The notes: generated by a model from the letters alone, not told the origin. 63,849 bases of DNA, filler included, from Octopus bimaculoides (GCF_001194135.2; 7 parts of 6 records of this genome joined end to end with filler, not necessarily neighbours in it), one strand, 5' to 3'. Shown: positions 25,441 to 38,369, numbered from the whole stretch's first letter. Numbers and translations: made by a program.

Positions 25441-26315
25441 TACATGCTGGATGTTCTAACAAAATTTACCGTTTTATTTTTCTTTCAAGAACAGTTCCAT
25501 ATATTGGTGAAATGTAACAGCGTTGAAGAGGATGTATTTGAAAGTTGTAATTGGGTAATTGTCATCAGACAGGGAGGACTGCAACCCTTCTGAATATTGG
25601 AAACAAATTTCTTATACCGTGATGATTTGCACGGGGTATCACAAATGCCATCAAAATAACTGCTGTTGAATGCTCAGTGAATATAGCAAAGTTTGTAAGA
25701 AATTATATGGACAGCTGCAACAGACACTAGGAATCTGTTACCAGCATGATCTTACTCAGCAGCTGTTCTGATAGCAGCGACGCGCCAGAACTCATCCTAC
25801 AACTGGGGGACAAATCGATTGAAGAACCGAGAAAAGGAATCCGGGATTTGGTGCGGCGAGAGATAGGTGTTGGAGTCGCCACCAAGAAGCTGACCCTCAG
25901 AGCCAGCTTCTTCAGGACTTTCGCTACCACACGTACACGAAGTGCAAGGGACAGATTCTGACAGTCATGGTCAAAAAGAACTACTTGACGAAGGCAAAGA
26001 ATCTCTTGAATAAATCGAGGCATCCTTATGAACCAAGTTGTTCTGGCTCTTTTCAGATGAAACGAACACCTGCAAGGACCAGTGACATCCAGGACAGCAG
26101 GTGGATTGCCCACTATCCCTATGATGTCCTACGGTCTTTGGCTCTGTCTTCAGTGCGGATGACGTGATATTACTTCACATCTTTTCACAGGGCCTTAGGT
26201 TATGTACTGCTGTAGGCTGTGTTCAAGCCCTAGTTAGTGATGCTTATTGTTGGGAGGGCATATGTGTAGCAGCAAGATTCAGCTATTTGCCCCACCTCTC
26301 ATAGAATACCTTATA
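25441..26315 (+). mobile_element. Tc1/mariner transposase remnant, maT (DD37D)-like
   Basis: PRKGIRDL HTH, DFRYHTY..KGQILT, WLFSDE (D codon at 26056), RWIAHYPYDV, GRAYV*QQDSA (D codon at 26276); third Asp region absent. Confidence 0.75.
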
Positions 26316-27382
26316 AAATATCCTTCTACAAGTTTAACTATACTTATCTTTTTCTATCAAAATTAGGCATATCATTTACATAAAACATTTTTATTATAAA
26401 ATTTATAGTTAATATACCACAAAATATTTATAATTGCTATTAAACATTTTTTCCAAACTAATACCTAAGCCGTATTGATTATTGACGGTTAAATATGAAT
26501 TTTAGTCTCCAGTATTTAAAATTCCATACTCCCTTATTCCGTTAGTCTTTCTCCGTTAAATACAACTCCACCTGGTTTCACTTCATATATGGCAGTTAAA
26601 TATTAGATTTTTTATACTAATCTGAATAGAGAATGTAACCCTTATTAATTTTTTTACATATAATATCAACACCTAACTGAGACCCTTCAGTCTTGTTTTA
26701 AATAGACATGAATCTAAGATCAATTACACTTTAGGAATACCATACCAATGTAATTCTAATGTCTTTTTAGCTTTTTATCCTTTCCAAAATCAATTTATTG
26801 TCTTTCTGTAGGAAACGACTGTATAAGTTACATGAATAAAGATAATTTCAGTCCGTATTAACATATAATCTCCTCCATTTACGAAAAATATGATTGAATT
26901 TGCTGAACTTTGTTTTGTAAGTTAAATCATATATTTAATATGTGTGTGTGCGTGTGTGTGTGTATGTGTGTGTGTGTGTGTATTTCCTATTTCAAAGAAA
27001 TTCGAATAATAAATATAAGACCCAAGTTCAAAAGATTCTCAACAATTCAACTTCTCTGGTTGACATTAAGACACCCACCCTCAATAGGGGCCTTAATTCC
27101 CACATTTTAGAGCTCCATGACATCCATTTTTCAGAAGCAAAATCCTTTTAACAGGTTCCATAAGACTGGAATTATAGATTCTGCACATAAATGTCTATAG
27201 TATGGCATACATGTGTCATGGTTGGAAATTTTATAGGGTGTGTAAAGAGGGAAAGAACCTTCATCTGCAATTTTGATGAAATTTGAATTATAGGTATTCC
27301 AGTTCATTAGAGAAAATATAACAGAAAAGACAAATTCTTCAGTTCCATGTAACACGAGTAACGACGGGTATCTCTGCTAGTT

Positions 27383-27472
<90 letters not shown>

Positions 27473-28438
27473 CGCGCGTATGTGTGTGTGTGTTCGCGCC
27501 CTCATGTGTGTGTTATGGGATACTGAGAGAAAGAGAAATGAAGGGGCTTATTTGTTGTTTACTAGATAAGAAAAGAAGCAATGGGGTTACTGTAAATATA
27601 GTCACAGCCAACTACATAGAAAGGTAGATACTTTCGCTATCGTTTAAATACAAAACTACACCTGATTCAACACATGATACATTATAGCAGTTTTAGATAT
27701 AATAGCTATAATTCCAAATGGGCGTCTGGCAGACAAAGTAGAATTTCTACTTAGCCATCTGTTAGAGTTTAGTTTACAACCTTTTTGCATCAACACTGAC
27801 CATGTTATTTGCAGTTTTATTTCCCCACGATCAATACTATTATTTCTACTGACATATGTTATTCTCAAATCTTCACCAGCAAGGGCCTGTTAGTTCCCCG
27901 ACTCGCTAGATATAGCAGACAAATCTCTTTCATATCGCTTCATTGTCCATGCAAAATAAAAAAGAAAAAGAAAATACAGTAAAATTTATCCAAAATAAAT
28001 TCTTAGTTATAGATAGAATGTTGTTGACCATAAACCTATTCGATGAAGCTTGGCCCGGGGCACACCAACAACCATAATAACATCTGCACATCACCATGGA
28101 GTGTTCTTTGTCACTTCTGTTACTCTAAAGGATATTAACTCTCTTACCGAAGTGTTTATCACAAACAAGCCATCTCCCTTTCCATAAGTATATCATTCAC
28201 AAAATTTGTTCTAAACTTTTATTAATTCCAGGTCATTTATTAATCTTAGGTTCTCATCCGATTCGCATTCCATAGGTGCCTAAAGTATTTAAGAAGAACC
28301 TCGCATTTCCGTAGTTCCCAGTAAGAATTTAAGCAGAACCTCGATTATGGTCCCAACCCGCATACACTTATAGTTGGGAATATTGTCTACAGGAGTGGTT
28401 CTAAGTATTGGAGAATAAGTGGCTGTGTGGTGAGTATA

Positions 28439-28601
28439 GACGCAGGAGTGACTGTGTGGTAAGTAGCTTGCTTACCAACCACCTGGTCCCAGGTTCAGTC
28501 CCACTGCGTGGCACCTTTGGCAAGTGTCTTCTACTATAGCCTCGAGCCGACCAAAGCCTTGTGGGTGGATTTGGTAGACAGAAACTGGAAGAAGGCCATC
28601 G

Positions 28602-28686
<85 letters not shown>

Positions 28687-28963
28687 ATGTATGTATGAAT
28701 ATATATATATATATATGGGTGTGTGTGTATATGTGTGTTTGTGTGTCTGTTTGTCCCCCCAAGCATCACTTGACAACCGATGCTTGTGTGTTTACGTCCC
28801 GTAATCTAGCGGTTTGGCGTAGAGACCGATAGAATAAGTACTAGGTTTACAAAGAATAAGCTCTGGAGTCCATTAACTCGAGAGTATAGAGGCGGTGCTC
28901 CAGCATGGCCGCAGTCAAATGACTGAAACAAGTAAAAGAGTAAAAGAGTAAAAGAGTAAGAGT
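28439..28963 (+). mobile_element. Complete SINE family A
   Basis: Head, body, internal (TA)n(TG)n(TATG)n, tail GGCGGTGCTCCAGCATGGCCGCAGTCAAATGACTGAAAC and (GAGTAAAA)n end. Confidence 0.9.
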
Positions 28964-29254
28964 CAAATCAGAGTATCTTTGCCACCATTTGGCCTCATAG
29001 GAACAAAAGCTAATTTTTTTTAGACTTTACGGTCGAAAAAATATTAAGTCAGATTAAGTGATGAGAGATTCATTACACCAAGAAAGAAGCTTGCAATGTA
29101 TTTGATCGTAGTTCTGCTAGATCACTGACCGATCACGAGTTAAACAACAACACATTTTATATCAGAAACACATTATACGCACTGCAGCATGTTCAGTTGT
29201 GTGTACATGTGTGTGTACCCGTGTTTGTTCGTGCGCGCGCGCGTGTATATGTAT

Positions 29255-29288
<34 letters not shown>

Positions 29289-29394
29289 GTATATATCTAC
29301 ATACACACACACGTACGCACACACACACACACACATATATATATTTATGCATGGTCGTGTATAGGCGAAGTCATAACATGGTTTCATATCTTGA

Positions 29395-30445
29395 ATAACA
29401 AACACTCTGCTTCATTCCTACAATTTGATATGAATATTTACTACTCATTTATTTCCACTAAACTACTAGATAAAGCGCTTCTTCTAGCTAGGAATCTAAC
29501 TAATCAAACCCCATTAGAAATTAATATAATTCTTAACGACTGAAAAACGTTCATTTCTTTCGAGGACATGCTCTGTTGCCAACACAAACAATAACTATAG
29601 CAACTTCTTCGACATTACTATCGGATCATCTCACTCTGCTCAGGTCACGGACTTCATTGGTCTGTACTTACTCTATCAGCTTCGAACATACTTCCCTAAT
29701 ATCAAGGGAGGTCTGTACAGAGATGACGCTTTGTTAGTCACCAAGGGCGTAAATAAATCCAAGTTCTTCTCTAACATCAATCTATCACTTTTGAAAACTC
29801 TCTCAAAACAGTTAATTTCTTCGACGTTGCTTTAAACTTAGAAACTTCCCAATATTTCCCATATCATAAACCCAACCAGTAACATAAGTATTTAAACATT
29901 AACTCCAGTCACCACAAGTCAACCCTCGATAATATAGTTAAGGACATTTCGGTACGTATATCTGACCTCTCAGCCACTGAAGTAATATTCAAAATTTCTA
30001 CCAGGCACTCGCTGCCAGCGGCTTCTCCCATCAAATAAAATGCATCTCTAATACTAGGCTCAAGCAGCATACATCTCAAGCCATATCACCACGACATGCT
30101 AACCATCCTAATCATAACAGACACTATACTAAAACCCCGGAAGAACACAGATTAAGACAGCTTAGACCCACACACACATAACACTAGGCCAAAATCATAC
30201 GCAACTAACAGTAAAGGGCCCTATAATGCCCCTCTAATAACAGCAAATATAGATTATACAAAGCCCATGCAAAAAAGCGGTGGACGCTCAATTCTGTGGT
30301 ATATACCTCCCTTCTAATTAAATGTTAAGAACTTAGCCAAATCCTTCTTTCACTATATTAGACTCTAACGTCCCTCGTCAACATAAAAATTACTCTATCT
30401 TTAATAGATCTAATTTAAAACTATCCTACTATTGTGACCTCCACC
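29395..30445 (+). mobile_element. Penelope-like element, reverse transcriptase remnant
   Basis: FLQFDMNIYY..LLDKAL, FDITIGSSHSAQVTDFIGLYLL, GLYRDDAL, NFFDVALNL and YHKPN motifs typical of PLE RTs; disrupted. Confidence 0.8.
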
Positions 30446-30448
30446 ACA

Positions 30449-30512
<64 letters not shown>

Positions 30513-30796
30513 GTAGTAGTAATAANNNNNNNNNNNNNNNNNNNNNNNNNNNNNNNNNNNNNNNNNNNNTTAATTAATTAANNNNNNNNNNNNNNNNNNN
30601 NNNNNNNNNNNNNNNNNNNNNNNNNTCGAGAATAACCAGCCGAAATTGCAAAGATAACCTAGATCTCAAATGAGGAAAGAAAACCCTGAATGACCTGTCC
30701 TTGTTTTCTTTGTATCGTCTATCTGGATGTTTTGTCCTTTTCTTGTATCACTTAACTGTCTGGATGTTTTGCGTTCTTGTCCCATTCTGTATTATC

Positions 30797-30864
<68 letters not shown>

Positions 30865-30959
30865 CATATATATATACACACATATATGCATGCATGCATG
30901 TATGTATGTATGAACTAGAGGAATAGGACACCAGAAATTGGGGCTGGTGAAGTCATAGA

Positions 30960-31112
30960 AATTCTCTGACAGCCACTTCTGACAGTTTCCAGAGGTATAA
31001 ATAAGGCTTTGGTTGTCCTGGGGCTCCAGTAGAAGACAACTTGTCCAAGATGCCAAGTAGTGGGACTGAACCCACATTCATGCTGTTGGGAAGCAAACTT
31101 CATACCACACAA
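30960..31112 (-). mobile_element. SINE family A head
   Basis: GTGGGACTGAACCC and TTGGGAAGCAAACTT on the plus strand, matching family A in reverse. Confidence 0.7.
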
Positions 31113-31791
31113 TCACTCCATTGTAAATGTTTGCATATAAAATTACTTTTGTAAAATGTTTATGAAACTATTTTTCATTGGTGATCAAATATAAACATAG
31201 ACCAAAGTATTTTGCTTGTCTGAAACAGAAAATATCTAAAAAGATACCAATCATTATGTCAGCACTTAGAGATAAACCTTTTGTTTAAAAGCATACTTTC
31301 ATTTGGTAGGATGTTAAATTTTTCTACTGGGGAGAATTAGCATCTATTGGACTCTTAGAGTATAAGGTGACATTTCCAATGACTGACTACTTTATTGTTA
31401 TATATATTGCATTTTTGTCTTTTAGACTCCAGATATATTTAACCAATTTTGTAGTACTTCTATGTTATGAGTGCTAGTGGAAAATTACCAGCTTTTAAGT
31501 GAATTCAATGTTTCTCTTTTTATGTCTCTGTCAGAAGATGACATGACTTTAGCTTAATATACCAGTGTCTTACCAAAACACATTCTTTTAAACAGGTAAG
31601 ATGTGTAGAGATAGCATAGTTACATGGAGATTGAGGTTCAGATTTATTTATGTTTGTGGTTGTGATTTTTTTATCTATTAAGTTTTGACGTTAAAATGGT
31701 CAAGTTTTCAGTGCGAAGTAGTAAGATTTTCATTGCATGCAATGTATTTTGTCTCTAAAGCTAATCTCTACAAGAATATAATGATAATAAC

Positions 31792-31851
<60 letters not shown>

Positions 31852-31855
<4 letters not shown>

Positions 31856-32240
31856 TTAATTGAGAAAGAAAGCAAATGATGCTGGATCATAGATATAGCA
31901 TGCCCAGCTGACAACAAGGTATGCAATAAGGAAGAAAGAAAAGTCAATAGATATGACAGGTTAGCTTGGGAGGTTAAGCAGTTGTGGTCAATGAAAAAGG
32001 TGATAGTAGTACCAATAATTGTTGGAGCCCTGGGAACAATGAGTAAAAATTGTGAGAAGTACTTGGAACTAACAGGGGCTGCAATAAGAGTGGGGCACTT
32101 GCAGAAAACAGCACTGCTTGGATCCACTCGAATACTCCGGATTGTGCTCGAAAAATAAGGGCTGTTACCTTAGTCCACTGGTAGTGAACAACTGGCACTG
32201 TAGTACATCTCCAGTATTAGAAACTGTGCAAAGACAGTAA

Positions 32241-32243
<3 letters not shown>
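31852..32243 (+). mobile_element. R4/Dong-like lineage 2, 3' end (RLE domain)
   Basis: IIDIACPADNKV..KVNRYDRLAWEVKQLW..VPIIVGALG..LQKTALLG; (AAT)n on both sides. Confidence 0.85.
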
Positions 32244-32314
<71 letters not shown>

Positions 32315-32950
32315 TTTCATTTATTTTCCACAAGGGCGGACTTCAACTTTTGGCATGTGGGAAGGGAAGGTCAATTGCATTGACTGGTATTTTTTTTATC
32401 ATTCCTGAAAGGATGAAGGGCAAGGTCGACCTCAGTGGAATTTGAAGTCTCAGAATGTAAAGACAGACAAATAATAATGATGATAATAATAATGATAATA
32501 ATCATTTCTACAAAAGGCACAAGGCCTGAAAATTTGCAAGGAGGGGACTAGTTGATTACATCAACTCCAGTTTTTCACTAGTACTTAATTTATCAACCCC
32601 AAAAGGATGAAAGGCAAAGTCATCCTCAGCAGAATTTGAACTCACAACATGCAGACGAATGAAATATTAATATGCATTTTTCCCAGTATGCTAACAATTA
32701 TGCCAGCTTGCTACCTTAATAATAATGATAATAATCCTTTTTACTAAAAGCACAAGGCCTGGAATTTTGAAGGAGGGGACTAGTGGATTACATCGACTCC
32801 AGTATTTCACTGGTACTTAATTTATTGACTCCAGAAAGACAAAAGGCAAAGTCAACCTCTGCGGAATTTAAACTCAGAACGTAACAACAGGCAAAATACC
32901 GCTAAGCCTTTTGCCTGACATGCTAATTACTCTGCCACTTCACTGCCTTA
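32315..32950 (-). mobile_element. Three tandem SINE family E copies with AAT/GAT spacers
   Basis: Central motif at about 32400, 32590 and 32820. Confidence 0.8.
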
Positions 32951-32967
32951 ATAATGATGATAATAAT

Positions 32968-33320
32968 AATTCATTCTTTTATTGGCCACAAGGTTTCACA
33001 TAAAATTACATTAAAAGACATACAACAACATAATAGACAAAAACAGGACGATACAATGGGTTTTACAACATGTAAACAATATAAATAATTAAAAATTAAA
33101 CAAATTAAAACTTCCAATAGGGGGAGTGCTTAAAGGACCTCATGCAAAAACCCACAAAAGCCATGGATGCCTGAAAAACAGGACAAGAGCCCTTCTCCTT
33201 ATTTTTTTACAGGTGCGCACTCAGAATTGGTCCTTTCACACTGGCCATTCTTCCAGCATTCACCCACCTTTCAACAAACTTGCTACAAGGCAACACTTGC
33301 CTCTCCACCCTCAACTTCTT
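32968..33320 (-). mobile_element. Tx1/L1-like LINE 3' end
   Basis: Minus strand LKKKLRVERQVLPCSKFVERWVNAGRMASVKGPIL*, homologous to 57750-57850; 3' UTR ends GCCAATAAAAAG. Confidence 0.55.
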
Positions 33321-33757
33321 TTTCAACCAATTAAATATCTGTTGCTATCCTGCTCTTCATCTTGTCTGTTTACCTTTGTGAAGATTTAAGTCAATCCTTT
33401 TAAAATATCAAAATCAAGTAGATTGAGAAGATGATTGATTTTATGGTACACTGAATGAGAATTGCAACATTTAGAAATTCTGGAAGTTACCAAAACAGCT
33501 GGGTGTCTAAGGAAAATTGTAATGTAAATTACAACTTTTGCATTTTATTCCTTCTTACAATTGGCTTGTCAGCCCTGTCAGTTTCACTAGACTCCAGTGT
33601 TGAGCCCAATCCTGGGCCAATGGATTTTGTACCATTCAAATATGTATCACTTTCTATTTTGAACTTGACAAAGACAACCTCGCTGTTGAAATATTGTTCA
33701 GCCAATAAAATATCTATTGCTATCACATCACACTCTTTGTCTTGTCTAATAATAATA

Positions 33758-34110
33758 ATAATAATGACAACGTTTCCCTAAAAGAAATGGAAAAACTTTC
33801 AAAATACAAAGACCTGGAAATAGAGGTAACTCGAATGTGGAATCTAAAAACAGAAACAATTCCTATCATAGTAGGTGCCTTAAGTATAATAAAAAAATAT
33901 TCAGACAAATACATAACAAAAACACCAGAACTTACAAATATATATAACATACAGAAAATTGCACTACTGGGCACTGCACACATCCTACGCAAAACACTTT
34001 CAATACAGTAACCATAAGAGCATCACAGCAAACCACAGCACATACCCAAGGCACACAGAGCTGCACTCGGTAGTGAAGTGAAAGCATGTTATAAAAATAA
34101 AACTACTGAA
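33758..34110 (+). mobile_element. R4/Dong-like lineage 1, 3' end
   Basis: DNVSLKEMEKLSKYKDLEIEVTRMWNLKTETIPII..LGTAHILRKTLSIQ*; AAT flanks. Confidence 0.85.
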
Positions 34111-34871
34111 CAATAATAATAATAATAATTATAAGTTCTACAGAAGGACTCTTTATCAAAGATGATGTTGGAAATCTATCTTTTAAATATCCTTGACTGT
34201 GCTTTGTTTTTAACTCTATGTGAAAAGACAGCAGTGATAAGATAGTTTGTGTATATTAAGGAGATATCTAAAACATTATAGACAGATGTAATAAATGGTT
34301 TAGAAGTGGAAATGATCTTGTTCTGCTCTTGGGATTTATGCATATGTTTGTATGGGGTTGTATGCGTACATGTATTTGGGTGTGTATGTATGTGTGTGTG
34401 CATGTATATATACACACACACACACATACATGTTTGGCTGTCTGTCTGTCTGTCTGTATGTATGTATGTATGTGTGTATGTATGCATGTATGTATGTATG
34501 TATGTATGTATGATTGTATATACGTATATGAAATAATGAACAAATTCTATAGCCTATTGAGGTAATGTCAAATATAACAATAGCATTGATTTAGTTTTCT
34601 ATTCTTTAATCTTTTGTCAAAACATGTTCATCATACTTTCTATATCTTCTCATTTTCTGTACAGCTATAGATGCACATACTTAGACGTATCATCAATCAA
34701 CATTATATCTTGGAGACATTGGATGTTCCAGACTTAGTAACATACACTGTCATCAAGATGAACCATCTGAGACCGATCATACTACAGCTTCTACCCAAGT
34801 GACATTCAACTGACATCTGTTATCCTGCCCCACCCATCCTTGAAACCAGACCCATTTTAGATGTCTTCCTA

Positions 34872-35212
34872 CATGGTTCAGTGGTTAAAGCATCAGGCTC
34901 ACAATCATGTGGTAGTGAGTTTGATTCCTGGACTGGGCTGTATGTTGTGTTCTTGAGCAAGACATTTTACTTCACGTTGCTCCAGTTCACTCAGCTGAAG
35001 AAATGAATTGTGACAACTCTGGTGCCAAGCTGCATTGGCCTTTGCCTTTCCCTTGGATAACATCAATGGCATGGAGGGAGGAGACTGGTAAGTATGGGCA
35101 ACTCCCAGTCTTCCACAAAAACATCCTTGACAAGACTTGTACCTCAGAGGGTAACTTTCTAGGTACAATCTTATGGTCATTCATGACCGAAGGAGGCCTT
35201 TACCCTTACCCT
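34872..35212 (+). mobile_element. SINE family D
   Basis: Homologous to 8504-8842. Confidence 0.85.
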
Positions 35213-35419
35213 TTTACCTGTCTCTGCTCACTCCCATAATGCCCTGTGTTCCATACTAAGTAACAGACCTTCAAACCCTCAATTACCAAACACACTTCTA
35301 TGAATTCTACTCTAAACGATTTGAATTTTTCTATTTGTTTTATGTTGCTACATGTATTGCTAAGTATGCACATTTGTGTGTTGTCAAGTTACTACTGTAT
35401 ACAAATGTGCATGTACTTG

Positions 35420-36010
35420 TGTGTGATGGAGGGCTGTCATCTTTTCCACACTCCTCGATGGCTGTGAGGCATTGGTGTTGTATCAATATGACTTGAAGAA
35501 TATCAAATGTTTCCAATAGCACAAACTTTATGCTATTAAAAGAATTCAGTAGTAGGACTATATTACCAATCAAGAGGTTCTGCTCTGAGCCAGACTACTC
35601 AGCATTGAAGCTACCATGACATGACCCCATTTCCGCTGGTTGGGACACATCATACACATGCCTCAAACATGCTTCCTTAGTCAACTCCTCTTTGAGGAGT
35701 TTGCCTCAGGAACCAGACCATGCAGAGACCCCAAATACCATTTCCAAGACCAGTTCAAGGCCACTCTCCTCCACATTGACCCAAATACCCAGGAGACAAT
35801 CGCCAAGGATTATCCAAAACGGCAGCATGTTATTATCAAGGGAATGGACCAGATGGAAAATAACAGATGTCAAGAGGAAGAGATCAGACATCAAAGACGC
35901 AAATAACAACTCACACTCCTCATACCTCACCAACCCACCCCTGCAATAACTACCCCAGCTCTTCTATACCACCCTTGAACTGAACAGCCACCTCAGGCAC
36001 TGGCACCCTT
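35420..36010 (+). mobile_element. RTE-clade LINE 3' fragment
   Basis: RAVIFSTLLDGCE, ITNQEVL, SIE..RWLGHIIHMP..QLLFEE, plus a decayed C-terminal Cys/His motif. Confidence 0.75.
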
Positions 36011-36307
36011 TGCACACATCAGGAGAAAGAGACTCAGGGGTGAGCTGCCACACCCAATGCCACCAAATTTCATGCAGGAGTATAACAATAGTTTTTCATT
36101 CCATTAAGATTTGTGATTAAACTAATGAGCAAGGTTAATATTTATAATGAATTTGCCATTTTTGATGGGTGTGCAGCACACACCTAGCATACCCAGAATA
36201 TATGCCCCTGCTGACAAATTTTTCTGCTTTTAAAAAGAAAAAACGATTTTACCCTTTATATCTATACTGTTCAGTATCTATGCATTGAATAAAATTTATC
36301 TTTCTAC

Positions 36308-36343
<36 letters not shown>

Positions 36344-36348
<5 letters not shown>

Positions 36349-36790
36349 TATTTACATTCGACAGATATTTGTCCTCATCTTGTTTGTTGTTAACACAACG
36401 TTTTGGCTGATATACCTTCCAGCCTTCTTCAGGTGTCTTGGGGAAATTTTGAACCCCTGGTTTCTCATTCCTAAGGTATTTTTCGATGTTATTATTATCA
36501 TTTTTATTATTATTGTTAGTGTTCAGGTCACTGTTTGGAATCAAACTCAGAGTCTTGGGGTTAGCAGCCCGTGCTCTTAACCACTACGTCATATGCTCAT
36601 GGGCATATGGTGTAGTGGTTAAGAGTTCTTGGGGAAATTTCGAACCCAGGTTCAAAATTTCCCCAAGACACCTGAAGAAGGCTGGAGGGTATATCAGCTG
36701 AAACGTTGTGTTAACAACAAACAAGATGAGGACAAATATCCAGCGAATGTAAATAATATACATAATTCCTCATCTCTTAAATATAGAACT
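36344..36790. mobile_element. Head-to-head pair of tRNA-headed elements, each with a minimal hammerhead-like motif
   Basis: Minus copy (36597 to 36344): tRNA-like head, AAT spacer, GACAC-CTGAAGA-AGGCTG..CAGCC-AAAAC-GTT-GTGTT. Plus copy (36601-36790) has the same motif with GAAAC intact. Confidence 0.75.
36667..36712 (+). ncRNA. Putative minimal type I hammerhead ribozyme
   Basis: Stem I GACAC/GTGTT, core CUGAAGA (36672-36678), stem II GCUG/CAGC, GAAA (36700-36703), palindromic AACGUU in place of stem III, predicted cleavage after 36707. Confidence 0.6.
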
Positions 36791-36814
36791 GTATTATATA
36801 TATATATATATATA

Positions 36815-37192
36815 TACTGGACAAAGTGCACCTGGTGCGTTTCTGTTCAAGAGTCAAAAGGCGAGGGACCCATCTTGCAGAAACCTTTGAGAACCCAAGT
36901 TCTTTTGTTACAATGTTGCCTGCTCTTTCAGTTGAGATGCCCAGTCTCTCGGCTATCTGACGACATGTTATTCAGCGATCTTGTATTATCATACCAAGAG
37001 CAAGGTCAAGGTTGTCCTTGGTGGTTGCAGTTGGAGGTCTCCCTGGTCTGGGATCATCTTTTACACTCTCTCTGCCACGCTTGAATTCATTTACCCAGCA
37101 TTTGACTATTGCATATGAAGGAGCATTGTCTGTTAAGATTCTCACCATATCTTCATGGATTTCTGATGGAGTCATGCCTTTCAAATAAAGGT
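36815..37192 (-). mobile_element. mariner transposase N-terminal remnant (irritans/Himar-like)
   Basis: LKGMTPSEIHEDM..APSYAIVKCWVNEFKRGRESVKDDPRPGRP HTH and the WVPRLL linker (36855-36872). Confidence 0.85.
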
Positions 37193-37356
37193 AAGAAGTT
37201 TGTTCCCAACCATATGGCTTCAAATTCAGTTCCACAGCATGGCAATTTGGGCAAGTGTCTTCTACTATAGCTGCTGGTTGATCAAAGCCTTGTGAGTAGA
37301 TTTGGTAAAAAGAAACTGAAAGAACTGTGTATGTATGCATGTGTATGCATGTGCAT

Positions 37357-37406
<50 letters not shown>

Positions 37407-37552
37407 ATGTGTTTATGAAAGTGTTTACCCACCACCACCACCACCACTTAACAAGCTGTGTTGGTGTGTTTACATCCCCGTAATCTAGCAGTTTGATAAA
37501 AGAGACCAATAGAATAAGTACCTAACTTTAAAAAATAAGAACTGGAGCTCAT
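37192..37552 (+). mobile_element. SINE family A
   Basis: Head remnant, body, microsatellite and partial tail. Confidence 0.75.
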
Positions 37553-37553
37553 T

Positions 37554-38279
37554 CAGCCAAGTAAACAGGCAGGGATGTAGTAGATATTTTAAAATTTGGT
37601 CATCAATGGTAGATTCAACTGACGAGAACCAATTGGATTTACACTCACGGACATGATCCAAAAGGTTTGAAACTGCAGTATTGAATTATCCTTCATTCCT
37701 CTAATGGTCTCTGTAGAGGCAAGACAGAATTTTCCTATATTCAGTGCCTGCAAGCATCTCTTCCTGTAAACATTCAGTGAAGCTCTACATAACACCAATA
37801 GCTTACCAGCTTTTATTTCTAGCAATGATCATTCTTTGTGTACATCTGCTTTGTATATTTATAATTTTGCCTTTTATGGTGCATTACTCTTGCTGGATAG
37901 TAATATTATTTTTAATAATATTTATATTTCTTGCATATCTTTTCACAGATCTTGACTGGGGTTTTCAGCTAAATTCTGATTTTGACTGGGGCTTTCAGCC
38001 GAGTAAACAGGCAGAGATATAGTGGATATTTTAAAATTTGGTCATCAGTGGTAGATTCAACTGAAGAGAACCAATTGGATTTGCATCATGTATGTGATCC
38101 GAAAAGTTTGAAACTACAGTATTGAATTATCCTTCATTCTTCTAATGGTCTCCATAGAGACAAGACAGAATTTTCCTATATTCACCACCTGCCTGTAAAC
38201 ATTCGGTAAAGGTCTACATAGCACCGTTAGCTTACCAGCTGCTATTTCTAGCAACAATCTACTTCGTGTACATCTGCTT

Positions 38280-38281
<2 letters not shown>
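37554..38281. repeat. Diverged direct duplication of an ~290-bp unit (37554-37852 and 37996-38281)
   Basis: Colinear similarity, e.g. the shared stretch CAGTATTGAATTATCCTTCATTC. Confidence 0.85.
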
Positions 38282-38315
<34 letters not shown>

Positions 38316-38369
38316 TATATATATATATATATATATACACATACATACACATACATACACAATGATCTT

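Noticed and set aside
26320-27360. Possible additional Penelope GIY-YIG remnant
   Set aside because: Only a weak PTLNRG resemblance; no consistent frame or motif order
30626-30790. Third hammerhead-like terminus (CCAGCCGAAATTG)
   Set aside because: The upstream CUGANGA half is lost in the linker gap, so it cannot be evaluated
31535-31595. Candidate plus-strand exon (TCTCTGTCAG...AAACAG|GTAAGA)
   Set aside because: Stops in all three frames and no partner exons; cannot be supported without RNA data
36525-36597. Functional tRNA-Ser(GCT) gene
   Set aside because: No long variable arm or intact acceptor stem and a mutated B-box; it is the head of a repeat
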